A stretch of 64,000 nt of DNA from Nitrospirota bacterium (GTDB taxonomy: Bacteria; Nitrospirota; Nitrospiria; SBBL01; JAADHI01), in the NCBI GenBank assembly GCA_029261165.1, contig JAJDBV010000068.1, positions 5 through 64,004 of the forward strand, written 5' to 3'. Every line of letters begins with the position of its first letter. Positions within the stretch are counted from its first letter, which is position 1. The position numbers were made by a program, and so were the translations under genes. Below are positions 9,156-18,629 of the stretch, one piece after another. The notes under the pieces are model-generated. The model worked only from the letters and a program-made list of their open reading frames with translations. It did no database searches and was not told the origin of the DNA.

Positions 9156-9887
9156 TCAGAACTTCCTTAGGGCATACGACTCTTCCTTCGGCACGAATAC
9201 AAAATTCACAAGGGCTTCTCTATGTAAAGATTCGCGTAATTTTCCTATCTCGGATATGGGAGCAAAGCCTCTCCGATAGAAGCAAAACCCATCATATCCA
9301 AGATCTTTCAAATACAAAAAAATATTACACTCTGGATTCTGTGCATCAAAACACTCAAAGAGTAAGTTGGGACGATCTTTTTGTAGAATCTGCTTCCCGC
9401 CCTTAAATACGTTGTACTCATGCCCTTCGACATCGCATTTGATAAATTTTATTGGTCGTGCTGAATGATCCTGAAAATAGTCATCCAATGTCGTTACCTG
9501 AATATCGAATGAAGTTGTCTTCTCACTTTGAGGTCCTTCCAAGCTTGCGGCCCCCCAGTGAGTCCCTTGGGGACGAAACAATTCACGCTCCCCGACGGCA
9601 GAGGATAAGCCGAGGTTGGTTATTTCCAGTTGATCGATGCCAAAGGCCTTTTTGACCTTGTGCAAATATGAATTCAACTCGGGTTGCGGCTCAAAAGCGA
9701 TAACAGCACCTTGAGACCCGACCTTTTTGTGCATCCAATAAGAATAGATACCGCGATGTGCACCGATGTCCACAGCGGTTTTTCCCGTTAACTGGCGGCC
9801 TAAGAGAAATGATATTCCCAATCTTTCTCTTCGATATCGGTAGCGCCATACGCGATGCAAAAAATGTATCCTATCGAAAATGTTCAC
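9156..9887 (-). CDS. FkbM-family SAM-dependent methyltransferase (1 of 4)
   Basis: [13 protein letters not shown]...AFEPQPEL...[17 protein letters not shown]. The GTG start overlaps the TGA of the upstream gene (GTGA). Confidence 0.8.
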   Translation of the reverse strand: MNIFDRIHFLHRVWRYRYRRERLGISFLLGRQLTGKTAVDIGAHRGIYSYWMHKKVGSQGAVIAFEPQPELNSYLHKVKKAFGIDQLEITNLGLSSAVGERELFRPQGTHWGAASLEGPQSEKTTSFDIQVTTLDDYFQDHSARPIKFIKCDVEGHEYNVFKGGKQILQKDRPNLLFECFDAQNPECNIFLYLKDLGYDGFCFYRRGFAPISEIGKLRESLHREALVNFVFVPKEESYALRKF

Positions 9888-10819
9888 GTATCCTTTATCC
9901 TTTCAGAAAAATAAGCGATGGTGCCTTTGAGTCCCTCCTCAAGCTCCACTTTCGGCTGCCATTCCAAACGTAATTTGGCCAACGCGATATCCGGTCGGCG
10001 CTGGACAGGGTCATCCTGTGGTAAAGGGTCGTAGATGATTTCCGACCTGGGGCCGATAAGCTTAATGACTTTTTCAGCCAATTCTAGAATTGTAAACTCA
10101 TTCGGGTTGCCGAGGTTCACCGGCCCTGTCAGGTGATCGGCCTGCATCATTCGGATCAGCCCATCCACTAAGTCATCCATGTAGCAGAACGACCGCGTTT
10201 GTTTTCCGTCGCCATAGACAGTGATCTTTTTCCCGCGCAATGCTTGAACAATAAAGTTACTGACAACCCGGCCGTCATTAATGGCCATACGCGGGCCATA
10301 AGTATTAAAGATCCGAACAATACGAATATCCACTTTGTGCTTTCGGTGGTAGTCCATCATGAGCGTCTCAGCGACACGCTTCCCTTCATCGTAACAACTC
10401 CTGGGGCCGATCGGATTCACATTGCCCCAGTAATCTTCTCTCTGTGGATGCACAGATGGGTTTCCATAGACCTCGGAGGTGGAGGCCTGGAGAATCCTGG
10501 CACCGGTACGTTTCGCCAACTCAAGCATGTGGGTTACCCCCAGAACGTTTGCTTGGATCGTCCGTACCGGATTGAATTGATAATGAACCGGGGAAGCCGG
10601 GCAGGCAAGATTGTAAATCTGGTCACACTCGATATCAATGTGGTGAATAATATCATGTCGTACAAGTTCAAAATGATCGTTGTTTTGAAGGTGTCTGATA
10701 TTGTCTTTCGAGCCCGTGAAAAAGTTGTCGAGACAAATCACCTCATGCCCCCTGTTTAGGAGGTTCTCGCAGAGATGGGAACCGAGGAAGCCTGCGCCCC
10801 CTGTTATGAGGATACGCAT
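9884..10819 (-). CDS. UDP-glucuronate decarboxylase (UDP-xylose synthase), extended SDR
   Basis: [21 protein letters not shown]...[15 protein letters not shown], catalytic YDEGKR, 311 aa. Confidence 0.85.
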   Translation of the reverse strand: MRILITGGAGFLGSHLCENLLNRGHEVICLDNFFTGSKDNIRHLQNNDHFELVRHDIIHHIDIECDQIYNLACPASPVHYQFNPVRTIQANVLGVTHMLELAKRTGARILQASTSEVYGNPSVHPQREDYWGNVNPIGPRSCYDEGKRVAETLMMDYHRKHKVDIRIVRIFNTYGPRMAINDGRVVSNFIVQALRGKKITVYGDGKQTRSFCYMDDLVDGLIRMMQADHLTGPVNLGNPNEFTILELAEKVIKLIGPRSEIIYDPLPQDDPVQRRPDIALAKLRLEWQPKVELEEGLKGTIAYFSERIKDT

Positions 10820-11664
10820 GGCATTCCTTCGCTGGGAGAAGAATCACGTGGTTCTCTGGGAACACAGAATATGTCAAAATGAGGCCACCGGGTCAGATCC
10901 TCTTCTCTGATCAACTCTCCGAGGTAGTTAAAATCGCTATCGACTTTATGGATATCATATCCGTGGGCCATGATTGTGCCATACAACTTCCGGCGTTGGG
11001 CATGATCCGTTTTTTTAAAAACCTCCGCCTTGATGTATGGCTTGCATCTCGAAATCAGACTTGAAAGCGATTGAAGAATGGTGCAGTCATACCCCTCCGT
11101 ATCGACCTTAATGTAGCGGATTCTCGATGCAAAATCCGGGTAGGCCTTATCCAGGAATGATTGTAGGTTTCGCCCTTCGACTCCTAGTTTAAACGCATGT
11201 CCGTGCCGCCACTTGCTGATCCCTTCGTGACGCCCTCCGTTACAAAATCCGGAGTCTGAGTACTCAAACTCGAATGTACTGTCGGTTGGTGTTGCGGCAA
11301 ACATCAAAGGAACAATGTTTGTCTTGTCGAGGTTCATCTCTGAGTTCTTCTTGAGAACAGGGAAGACATATTTGTTTGGCTCAAGTGCAAAGACACATCC
11401 CGATTTTCCGACAGCAATTGCCATGGGAATCGCCGTGTCTCCCGAATGTGCGCCAATGTCTATCGCAACGTCACCGGGGGCCAGGTATCTGCGAAGCTCA
11501 TCTACAGACTCTTGTGAAACGGGTTTCTTGGTTTCTCTCGGGTGCAACCACTGGGCATATTGGATCAGTCCGTCCTTTGGCAGGTCGAACTCATTGATCT
11601 CATATTTATACGTCATGGGCTTTGGTCGAAATCCAAACATGTAAATTAATTCCTTTAGTTTCAT
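10804..11664 (-). CDS. FkbM-family methyltransferase (2 of 4)
   Basis: [14 protein letters not shown]...ALEPNKYVF...[14 protein letters not shown]. Its 3' end overlaps the UXS start by 16 nt. Confidence 0.75.
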   Translation of the reverse strand: MKLKELIYMFGFRPKPMTYKYEINEFDLPKDGLIQYAQWLHPRETKKPVSQESVDELRRYLAPGDVAIDIGAHSGDTAIPMAIAVGKSGCVFALEPNKYVFPVLKKNSEMNLDKTNIVPLMFAATPTDSTFEFEYSDSGFCNGGRHEGISKWRHGHAFKLGVEGRNLQSFLDKAYPDFASRIRYIKVDTEGYDCTILQSLSSLISRCKPYIKAEVFKKTDHAQRRKLYGTIMAHGYDIHKVDSDFNYLGELIREEDLTRWPHFDIFCVPREPRDSSPSEGMPCVSS

Positions 11665-12365
11665 CGTACCTCATACTCCGCAATATTTATAAACGAATAC
11701 TCACGCCCTGTTGTAGAAATATCAAATATCTTAAAACCACAATTGTTCAGCATGTTGATCGCTTGCCGCGTCTGTTCCGGACGGACGGAAGGAAATCGAT
11801 GATGGAACTCAACCAGTATCTGATAGACATTGATTCCCGACTGGATTAAATCGTCAATCACATCATATTCCGAAGCCTCTATATCGATCTTTAAAATATC
11901 GATTCTTGAATGGCCCAACATTTTCATAATCGTTCCGAGGCGCTTAACCGGGATAGAAAGTGCTCCTGCATTCACAACACCTCCTTTAACGGGTGTCAGC
12001 ATGTCTTTTGATTGGCGCCCCTTTCTTACTCGGGGATAAAGGGTCATTTCACCATCGATGTTGGAAACACCATAATCAAAAAAATGAAAGCTGTCTGGGA
12101 ACCTTGAGGCTTTGACCCATTCAATCGAGTTCGGCGTCGGATCAAATGCATAGACCTTGGTCTGATATTTTTCAATCATCGCCAGGTCAAAAGTCACATC
12201 GCTTCCCACCCCCAGTGAGTAGACGATGTCATCCACAGAAAGACCTGCCGGGCAAATGCTCCAACCGCCATATTCCACTTTTTGGCATTTAAACTGGGTC
12301 CGCGTCCAGACATCCTGTCCCGCGACCTGTTTTAATAATCTTTTCAGTTGTCGATACAAATCCAT
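11661..12365 (-). CDS. FkbM-family methyltransferase (3 of 4)
   Basis: SLGVGSDVTFDLAM...AFDPTPNS...ILKIDIEASEYDVIDDL. ATGA start/stop overlap with the next gene. Confidence 0.75.
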   Translation of the reverse strand: MDLYRQLKRLLKQVAGQDVWTRTQFKCQKVEYGGWSICPAGLSVDDIVYSLGVGSDVTFDLAMIEKYQTKVYAFDPTPNSIEWVKASRFPDSFHFFDYGVSNIDGEMTLYPRVRKGRQSKDMLTPVKGGVVNAGALSIPVKRLGTIMKMLGHSRIDILKIDIEASEYDVIDDLIQSGINVYQILVEFHHRFPSVRPEQTRQAINMLNNCGFKIFDISTTGREYSFINIAEYEVR

Positions 12366-12416
12366 ATGTTTTTCCAGAAACCTCCAGAAAAAAGGGTTTT
12401 ATGGATGAAGACTTTT

Positions 12417-12704
12417 CTAATAAACGTCCAACGTTTGTCCGGCACAGCTTTTCCCTATGAAAGCACTGGCAGGTATTATTGATTTAGCAATTATTGTAGC
12501 AGGAACCCTGAGGGTGAGGTCAATACTATCTGCAATCGCTTCCACTTAAATTGACCACCAAATCACCACTCATCTCCCAAGTACCGCCAATATAGCGAAT
12601 CTTCTAAAAAGCGGTATCACACCGACCATGGTCTCAAAGACAATAAGCCCAAACACATCATACTGTGTCGGAGGAATGAAACAACCATTACCGCCATAAT
12701 TCGC
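12417..12704 (-). pseudogene. Decayed C-terminal fragment of a GT4 (group 1) glycosyltransferase
   Basis: A single minus-strand frame directly after the DegT stop reads ANYGGNGCFIPPTQYDVFGLIVFETMVGVIPLFRRFAILAVLGR*VVIWWSI*VEAIADSIDLTLRVPATIIAKSIIPASAFIGKSCAGQTLDVY*. This has an EX7E-like core (YDVFGLIVFETMVGVIP) and a typical GT4 C-terminal tail. There are two in-frame stops (12570-72 and 12546-48) and no N-terminal two-thirds. Confidence 0.55.
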
Positions 12705-13919
12705 CTAGTTAATTTTTTCCTTATATCGTTTCAGCTCTTCTCGAACTCTGCGTGCGTTCACAACAACGAGGCGTATAACCTGACAAATTTCCCTAACCGC
12801 ATCTGAACCAACCGCATTTCCGGTAGGGAGACAAAGTACTCGCCCCACAAGCTTCTCTGTCTCTGGTAGCAATAGACCGGCATTAGGAAAATACGATCGG
12901 TAAGGTTCCATTCTATGGCATCCCGGATAAAAGTATCGTCGTGCCATAATATTTTCCTTAATAAGGACCTTTACCAAATCATCTCGATTGATGTGCGTGA
13001 CTTCTTCATCAACCTCTAATACAATATACTGGTAATTGCATTTTTCCTGTTCATTGTAGGATAACAAATAAATACCAGGGATATCCGAAAACCCACGCTG
13101 GTAATCTCTATAGTTCTGGAGATTCCGATCAACAAACTTCTCCATACTTTCTAGAGAGGTCAACCCCATGGCCGCCGACACTTCATTCATCTTACCATTT
13201 GTACCTATATAGATGACATTATCGTAACCTGAAAACCCAAAGTTCTTCATCAAGCGGACCCTGGAAGCCAGGTCATCATCATTGGTGACAACTGCGCCAC
13301 CCTCAAAAGTATTAAAAAATTTGGTCGCATGGAAACTGAACACTTCTGCGCTTCCGAAGCTGCCTACCATACGTCCGTTGTATGTACAATGAAATGCGTG
13401 AGCGGCATCAAAAATCAATTTCAAGTTATGCCGCCGAGAAATTTCAGATAATCCTTCCACATCACAAGGTCGGCCCCACAGGTGCACACCGATGATGCCA
13501 GTCGTACGAGGAGTGATCAATTCCTCCACCTTCTCTGGCTTAATATTATGTGTCTTGGGATCGATGTCGCAGAAGATTGGGGTGATTTCCTGCCATTGCA
13601 ACGCATGAGCTGTGGCAATGAAGGTCATTGAAGGAACGATTACTTCTCCAGTGAGTTCTGCCGCGCGAATGGCAATCTCCAAAGCAACAGTACCATTGCA
13701 CATGGTGATGCAATGCTTAACCCCAACAAGCGCAGCAATCTTCCGTTCAAGCTCCTGCACATATGGCCCGTTGTTACTCAACCAGTTTTTGTCCAGGATA
13801 TCGTTCATGCGTTCCATCAAGTAAGAACGATCACCAATATTAGGATAGCCAACATGCAATTTCTCCTGGAAGGCTGGAGACCCACCCAATAAAGCCAAGT
13901 CCTCCAGTTTATTTTTCAT
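12705..13919 (-). CDS. DegT/DnrJ/EryC1/StrS-family PLP-dependent sugar aminotransferase
   Basis: Fold-type I aminotransferase with SFHATKFFNTFEGG (Schiff-base Lys). 404 aa. Confidence 0.85.
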   Translation of the reverse strand: MKNKLEDLALLGGSPAFQEKLHVGYPNIGDRSYLMERMNDILDKNWLSNNGPYVQELERKIAALVGVKHCITMCNGTVALEIAIRAAELTGEVIVPSMTFIATAHALQWQEITPIFCDIDPKTHNIKPEKVEELITPRTTGIIGVHLWGRPCDVEGLSEISRRHNLKLIFDAAHAFHCTYNGRMVGSFGSAEVFSFHATKFFNTFEGGAVVTNDDDLASRVRLMKNFGFSGYDNVIYIGTNGKMNEVSAAMGLTSLESMEKFVDRNLQNYRDYQRGFSDIPGIYLLSYNEQEKCNYQYIVLEVDEEVTHINRDDLVKVLIKENIMARRYFYPGCHRMEPYRSYFPNAGLLLPETEKLVGRVLCLPTGNAVGSDAVREICQVIRLVVVNARRVREELKRYKEKIN

Positions 13920-14102
13920 CGTTGCCTTTCACAAATTACGGTGTATAAAAAAGCGCTCCCTAAGCTAGGCATCAGGTCGCCATCACAATTAGACATGAAT
14001 AGAACCTTCTAATCAAAAGCTCTTGTCCTTTTTTCATATAAAAACCATGGGTTTGCCACACTTCATCATTTTCAAACTAGAAAACTTCAAACATTACGGC
14101 TT

Positions 14103-14729
14103 TCAATCGGGAGAATGAGAACCGCGGTAAGGCAATGTGGCTTGCTCGACCTCATCTAGCAACTTATCTTCTAATTCTAATAATCTTTTTGATCGATTTT
14201 TAATTTTTCTTGCTGGACATCCGCAATAAACACCCCAACGGTCAAGATCCTTAGCGACCAGAGATAATGCGCCCACTGAAGAACCTTCCCCAATAGTCAC
14301 ATTCGGTAAAATCACGCTAGTGGAACCTACAATTGTATGGCGCTCTAAAATGACTCTTCCTGACGTCGTGTTCGTGAACTTCTCTGGAACGGTTGGATTA
14401 GTTAGATACCCCCCAGAATAGTCGTCAGATCGGCTATAAATTCGACAACCGTGAGAGATCGTAGAGAAATTTCTCATTTCGATGCCGTCACCACCTAAGA
14501 GCAGGCAGTAAGCCCCTATATGGATGAAAGAACCGAGAGCGACTTCTCCATCGCCAGCCGCAATAATAGAACAAAAACCATCAATTCTGACATTGTTTCC
14601 AATAGATATATTTTCCAGACCAATAATCGTACAATTTTTAGCGATCTGAATATTCTGCCCCAATGAGCGAAAGCCTTCATTTTTCAGGTCATTTTCGTCA
14701 TAGTACCCAGGATTAAAAATATGACTCAT
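14103..14729 (-). CDS. Left-handed beta-helix (hexapeptide) sugar acetyltransferase
   Basis: Repeated [LIV]G-x4 hexapeptides (IGNNVRIDGFCSI, IGAYCLLLGGDGIE, IGEGSSVGALS). 208 aa, downstream of the aminotransferase. Confidence 0.75.
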   Translation of the reverse strand: MSHIFNPGYYDENDLKNEGFRSLGQNIQIAKNCTIIGLENISIGNNVRIDGFCSIIAAGDGEVALGSFIHIGAYCLLLGGDGIEMRNFSTISHGCRIYSRSDDYSGGYLTNPTVPEKFTNTTSGRVILERHTIVGSTSVILPNVTIGEGSSVGALSLVAKDLDRWGVYCGCPARKIKNRSKRLLELEDKLLDEVEQATLPYRGSHSPD

Positions 14730-14813
14730 GGTCTTACTCCTTTTGGTCTCTTGTGTTCCTTAGGGCTCATACAGACTAAAAGTTCATGAAACAAAGGATT
14801 TAGAATAAGGGGT

Positions 14814-15632
14814 TCAATCATTAGATTGATTTTTTTCTCTATAATGGAAAAGCATGGGCCCTGGAAAGAAATATGCGTTCACACCAATATACTTAAATTT
14901 GCGAAATCGGTTCCAGTCTCCCGCCTCATAAAATCGCCAAGCGTCAGCGTCCCACGGGATACACTTTAACCAATTATGATAAAAGACGGATGAGGTGGTT
15001 ACATTCCCTGAGCTAAATTCTTTTGCCTTAACTAACTTCCATTTACCATTATTTTTTTCTCTATAAAATGGGTGCCAGACAAAGTCTGCTTTATTTTTCT
15101 GAGCGAATTCGACCAATTTCTCTATTCTGTCCAATGGGAAGCGATCATCATCATCCAGGTGTGTTATAAAATCCCCTCTAGCAGATTCCAACGCAAAATT
15201 AACAGGCTTGGTTCCTGCCACCATCCAACGCAGTTTTCCTTCTGCTGGGTAATCCCCACGAGACTCAAGATTAACAAATGACACTCGTTTATCTCCCAAG
15301 GCGTTAATTTGCTCAGATGTATCATCTGTACAACAGTCGCCTACGACGATAATCTCCATATTTTCATAAGTTTGGGCCAATACTGAAGGCAAACTTCGAC
15401 TTGTTAAAACTTCTCCTCGATTATAGGTCGCAATGCAAATTGTCACTAAGGGATCTGGTTTCTCAAAAACGTGACAATATGCCTGCGTTTTCTTTATCTG
15501 TATATATTCATCAATAATATGTGGGTCAAGATCGATTCGACTTTTAATTATATCTAGTTCACCAATCAGTTTCTTTTCCAGAGCCTGAAGTTTTTTCTTT
15601 CCAAGAATAGTAAACACTTGTATATCCTTCAA
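14814..15632 (-). CDS. Family 2 glycosyltransferase
   Basis: VTICIATYNRGEVLTSRSLPSVLAQTY...EIIVVGDCCTDDT and HLDDDD motif. TTG start at 15630-15632. Confidence 0.75.
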   Translation of the reverse strand: MKDIQVFTILGKKKLQALEKKLIGELDIIKSRIDLDPHIIDEYIQIKKTQAYCHVFEKPDPLVTICIATYNRGEVLTSRSLPSVLAQTYENMEIIVVGDCCTDDTSEQINALGDKRVSFVNLESRGDYPAEGKLRWMVAGTKPVNFALESARGDFITHLDDDDRFPLDRIEKLVEFAQKNKADFVWHPFYREKNNGKWKLVKAKEFSSGNVTTSSVFYHNWLKCIPWDADAWRFYEAGDWNRFRKFKYIGVNAYFFPGPMLFHYREKNQSND

Positions 15633-15643
15633 TATATATATAT
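15632..15643. repeat. (AT)6 dinucleotide repeat in the divergent GT2 / methyltransferase intergenic region
   Basis: ATATATATATAT read directly. It begins at the first base of the TTG start of 14814..15632 and lies 25 nt from the GTG of 15668..16345. Confidence 0.9.
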
Positions 15644-15667
15644 TATCGCTTATCCAAAAATGAGAGC

Positions 15668-16345
15668 GTGCAACACACTACCGGAACGATATCGATGTCT
15701 ACCCTAAGAAATAGTATTGAACGTACCTTTACTTACCTTCTTCCACCACTCGTTACTCAGCTTCTACATACAATATTTGGAGCCTTACATTCTATCGCAA
15801 CACACAATTTACTGCAAAAACACAATAAACTCCACTTGGCCTGTGGTGATCACCTTCTTCCAAACTGGGCAAATATTGATCTCAATAAGACGAAAGGGAT
15901 CATCAAACATAACCTTACACAGCCTCTCCCTATAAAGAGCGCTACAATTCACTTCATATTCAGTGAACATTTCATCGAACATATTAACAAAAAAAACGGG
16001 GAATCCCTTTTAGATGAGTGTTTCCGAGTATTAATCCCGGGAGGAGTCCTCCGTCTTAGCACTCCAAACCTTGATTACCTTATCAACGCATATCATCGTA
16101 AAGACATCACCGAGTGGAATGATGTGGGATGGAATCCAACAACACCCTGCCAAATGATCAATGAAGGTATGCGCTTGTGGGAACATAAATTCCTATATAA
16201 TAGGGATGAGTTAACAGGTCTATTAAAAATATGTGGTTTTTCTAAGATTGACTATGTTCACTGGCAAGAAAGTAAACATCCCGAACTAAACCATATAGAG
16301 TGTCGTCCATATCACCATGAATTAATAATTGAGGCTACAAAATAA
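15668..16345 (+). CDS. Class I SAM-dependent methyltransferase
   Basis: LHLACGDHLLPNWANIDL... and FRVLIPGGVLRLSTPN (motif I / post-I like). Only plus-strand gene of the island. GTG start, with an alternative ATG at 15695. Confidence 0.7.
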   Translation: MQHTTGTISMSTLRNSIERTFTYLLPPLVTQLLHTIFGALHSIATHNLLQKHNKLHLACGDHLLPNWANIDLNKTKGIIKHNLTQPLPIKSATIHFIFSEHFIEHINKKNGESLLDECFRVLIPGGVLRLSTPNLDYLINAYHRKDITEWNDVGWNPTTPCQMINEGMRLWEHKFLYNRDELTGLLKICGFSKIDYVHWQESKHPELNHIECRPYHHELIIEATK

Positions 16346-16384
16346 TATCTATCTAAAACAAATTTACCACGATTGAAACATCCA

Positions 16385-16431
16385 CAATAAGGAAGAACTG
16401 GTATAATTGTTGAACAAATTCTTCCTTATTG
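16385..16431. terminator. 13-bp perfect stem-loop between convergent genes
   Basis: CAATAAGGAAGAA-(21 nt)-TTCTTCCTTATTG lies between the stop of 15668..16345(+) and the stop of 16477..17481(-). Confidence 0.5.
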
Positions 16432-16476
16432 GCGAAAAGCATTTTGTTGCCGCAAAAACCAGTGAAAGGGGATCGA

Positions 16477-17481
16477 TTATTTGTTTTGTCGTATAAGATA
16501 TTGATTAAACTCCTTCAGTAGCTGTTTGTCTGATTTTATACTGTTCTTTTTCTCTAAGTTTCTCTTTTCCAATATTTCCGGTAATCGCTTGATCGCCCCC
16601 ACTAATCCGGCCAAGGTCGTAGAGTGCAATAACATAATCCGTCCAATTGTAAAAAAAAAGTGGGAAATCAGAAGGCGTGTTGAGTGGATATTTTTCCACA
16701 TAAAGATAAATCTGTTCCGTTGCGATATTATTTTTATACGTTTTAGAGAATCGGTAGCCCGCAATGTAACACTGTGATCATGTTTTGCGATACATTTAGG
16801 CTCGTAGTGTATCTTCCATCCACGCTTCAATGCCCGGTAGGCCAGGTCCATCTCTTCATATATATACGGGCTGAACAACTCATCAAATCCTTGAAGCTCC
16901 CGAACCTTTTTCGCATCGGAAAAAAAATAGGCGCCTTTTACACCAAATGAGAGATAGGGTGGCTTTAGGTGCGGGTGCTCACTGGTGTAGTAGTTTTTAG
17001 TAAATCTTAGGTTTCCCCGTTGCCAGTTTCCGATGAGTCCGCCGTCCAGTCGAGAGCCATCGCGAAAGTATGTGGCGTGCGGAGTGACTGCAAACAGATC
17101 ACTATCTTCGAAATGAGGCGAAAAATAATTAAAAAAATCTTCTTGGAGTTCTACGTCGGTATTTAGGAAAAATAGAATGTTATACCTTGCTTGCGAGATA
17201 CCAGTGTTGCACGCCCTTGAAAATCCACCATTTTTCCCCCTAGGGATTATTCGAAGTTCTGGAAATTTCCTTAGCTCTTCGATGCTGTTGTCGTGAGAAG
17301 CGTCATCTACGACGATGATTTCCTTTTCTCCTGGGTAGTTCTTCGCCGCTCTAAGAACCGATGGCATGAACTTGGGGATGAGGTGCTCTCCGTTGTAGTT
17401 GGGTATAATAATACTCAACGTGAGATGTTCACCGTGTGTAGAATGCGTCACAACAGTCCCTCCGGCACCGGAAAGGATCAT
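16477..17481 (-). CDS. Family 2 glycosyltransferase
   Basis: LSIIIPNYNGEHLI...EIIVVDDASHDNS...FLNTDVEL. Contains a T9 run (plus-strand A9 at 16651-16659). Confidence 0.8.
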   Translation of the reverse strand: MILSGAGGTVVTHSTHGEHLTLSIIIPNYNGEHLIPKFMPSVLRAAKNYPGEKEIIVVDDASHDNSIEELRKFPELRIIPRGKNGGFSRACNTGISQARYNILFFLNTDVELQEDFFNYFSPHFEDSDLFAVTPHATYFRDGSRLDGGLIGNWQRGNLRFTKNYYTSEHPHLKPPYLSFGVKGAYFFSDAKKVRELQGFDELFSPYIYEEMDLAYRALKRGWKIHYEPKCIAKHDHSVTLRATDSLKRIKIISQRNRFIFMWKNIHSTRLLISHFFFTIGRIMLLHSTTLAGLVGAIKRLPEILEKRNLEKKNSIKSDKQLLKEFNQYLIRQNK

Positions 17482-17504
17482 CCTAATAAATGCCGATTAA
17501 CTTA

Positions 17505-18227
17505 TTAAGTGATCTCATTGATGCTGAACATGGACTTAATGGCTTGTTTCGACTTCTTTCTTGCCCTTCTAATCTTTAAATACGCATTCATAAAAACAAG
17601 CTTTATTTTGTCAAAAGCACCGACATCCAAATTCCCTTTTTTCACAAAAACAGAATCGCTCTTATCTTTGTACCACAAGACATAATTATTTGCCTTCATC
17701 CACTCCACGATTTCAGCTAAATTCGGATTAACATAAATTGCACCATGTGTTTCCAGCGAAATGACAGAAGGCCGGCTAACCATATGTTTTATGACAAACC
17801 ATTCACTTCCTTCTATGTCTACAGAAAGTAGATCTATCGTTCCATCATCAATTTTATTAAAAGTTTTTGCTTCTGCCACAAACGTATCCTCGGCATCCAA
17901 CTGATACCCATCGTTCACTATTGCTGGACTGCTTGATATCTCACTCACAAAGGTAGAAGCGGCACGTTGAGTAAGTTTTACTTTCCCATTGAAGTCATAA
18001 ACGGCAACAGGATGAAGAGAAACATTCCCTTGTTCTGAAAAATGATTTCGAATGGCTTCAACTGAACCAGGATCCGGCTCTACTAGAGTACAGCGAATAC
18101 CCCGCATAATATAGTCATAAACATTTGAGGTTGCTGGATGATAAACGCCTACTTCCGCGACATGCGCTGGTTCAAATCCCGCCTTTGATAGCTTCTTGTA
18201 AATCTTTTTCGTTTCATTATAATTCAT
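17505..18227 (-). CDS. FkbM-family methyltransferase (4 of 4)
   Basis: EVGVYHPATSNVYDY...LVEPDPGS...LLSVDIEGSEWFVIKHM. Confidence 0.75.
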   Translation of the reverse strand: MNYNETKKIYKKLSKAGFEPAHVAEVGVYHPATSNVYDYIMRGIRCTLVEPDPGSVEAIRNHFSEQGNVSLHPVAVYDFNGKVKLTQRAASTFVSEISSSPAIVNDGYQLDAEDTFVAEAKTFNKIDDGTIDLLSVDIEGSEWFVIKHMVSRPSVISLETHGAIYVNPNLAEIVEWMKANNYVLWYKDKSDSVFVKKGNLDVGAFDKIKLVFMNAYLKIRRARKKSKQAIKSMFSINEIT

Positions 18228-18629
18228 TAATCACACCATTCTTACGGCGAACAAGGTAGACTCAGCACAACCTGCCTAAGGCCGGACTTGGTCGGATGAT
18301 AGAACGAATTATTTCCCCGAATAATCTGGGCAGGCATCGTTTTAAAAGAGCCAAAATATAGCAAAAACAGCCAATTACTACAAGGGAACGCGGGTATCTC
18401 ACCTAGATCGGCAAAACACAGTGAGAAGAAGACCTGCTCAGGGAAAGGGTCTATAATTTCCTATTAAGAATGAACAATAACTATCGATCGGAGTACCCCA
18501 CTCAAAAGATTCTCGATTCATATTTTCATCCATACCAACTTCCCTGATGTGAAGATTTATGATATACAGGACCATTGCTGTAATGAGGTGCCAGAGAAAG
18601 GTGTTCAAACATTGCCTGACTCGGGTCGA

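Noticed and set aside
18228-18629. The 400-nt gap at the island / kdkA junction as a site of an ncRNA, attachment site or gene relic.
   Set aside because: Reading both strands gave only short frames (46 aa or less) with no recognisable motifs, no tRNA-, tmRNA- or SRP-like strings, and no direct or inverted repeats. It remains an unexplained AT-rich spacer.
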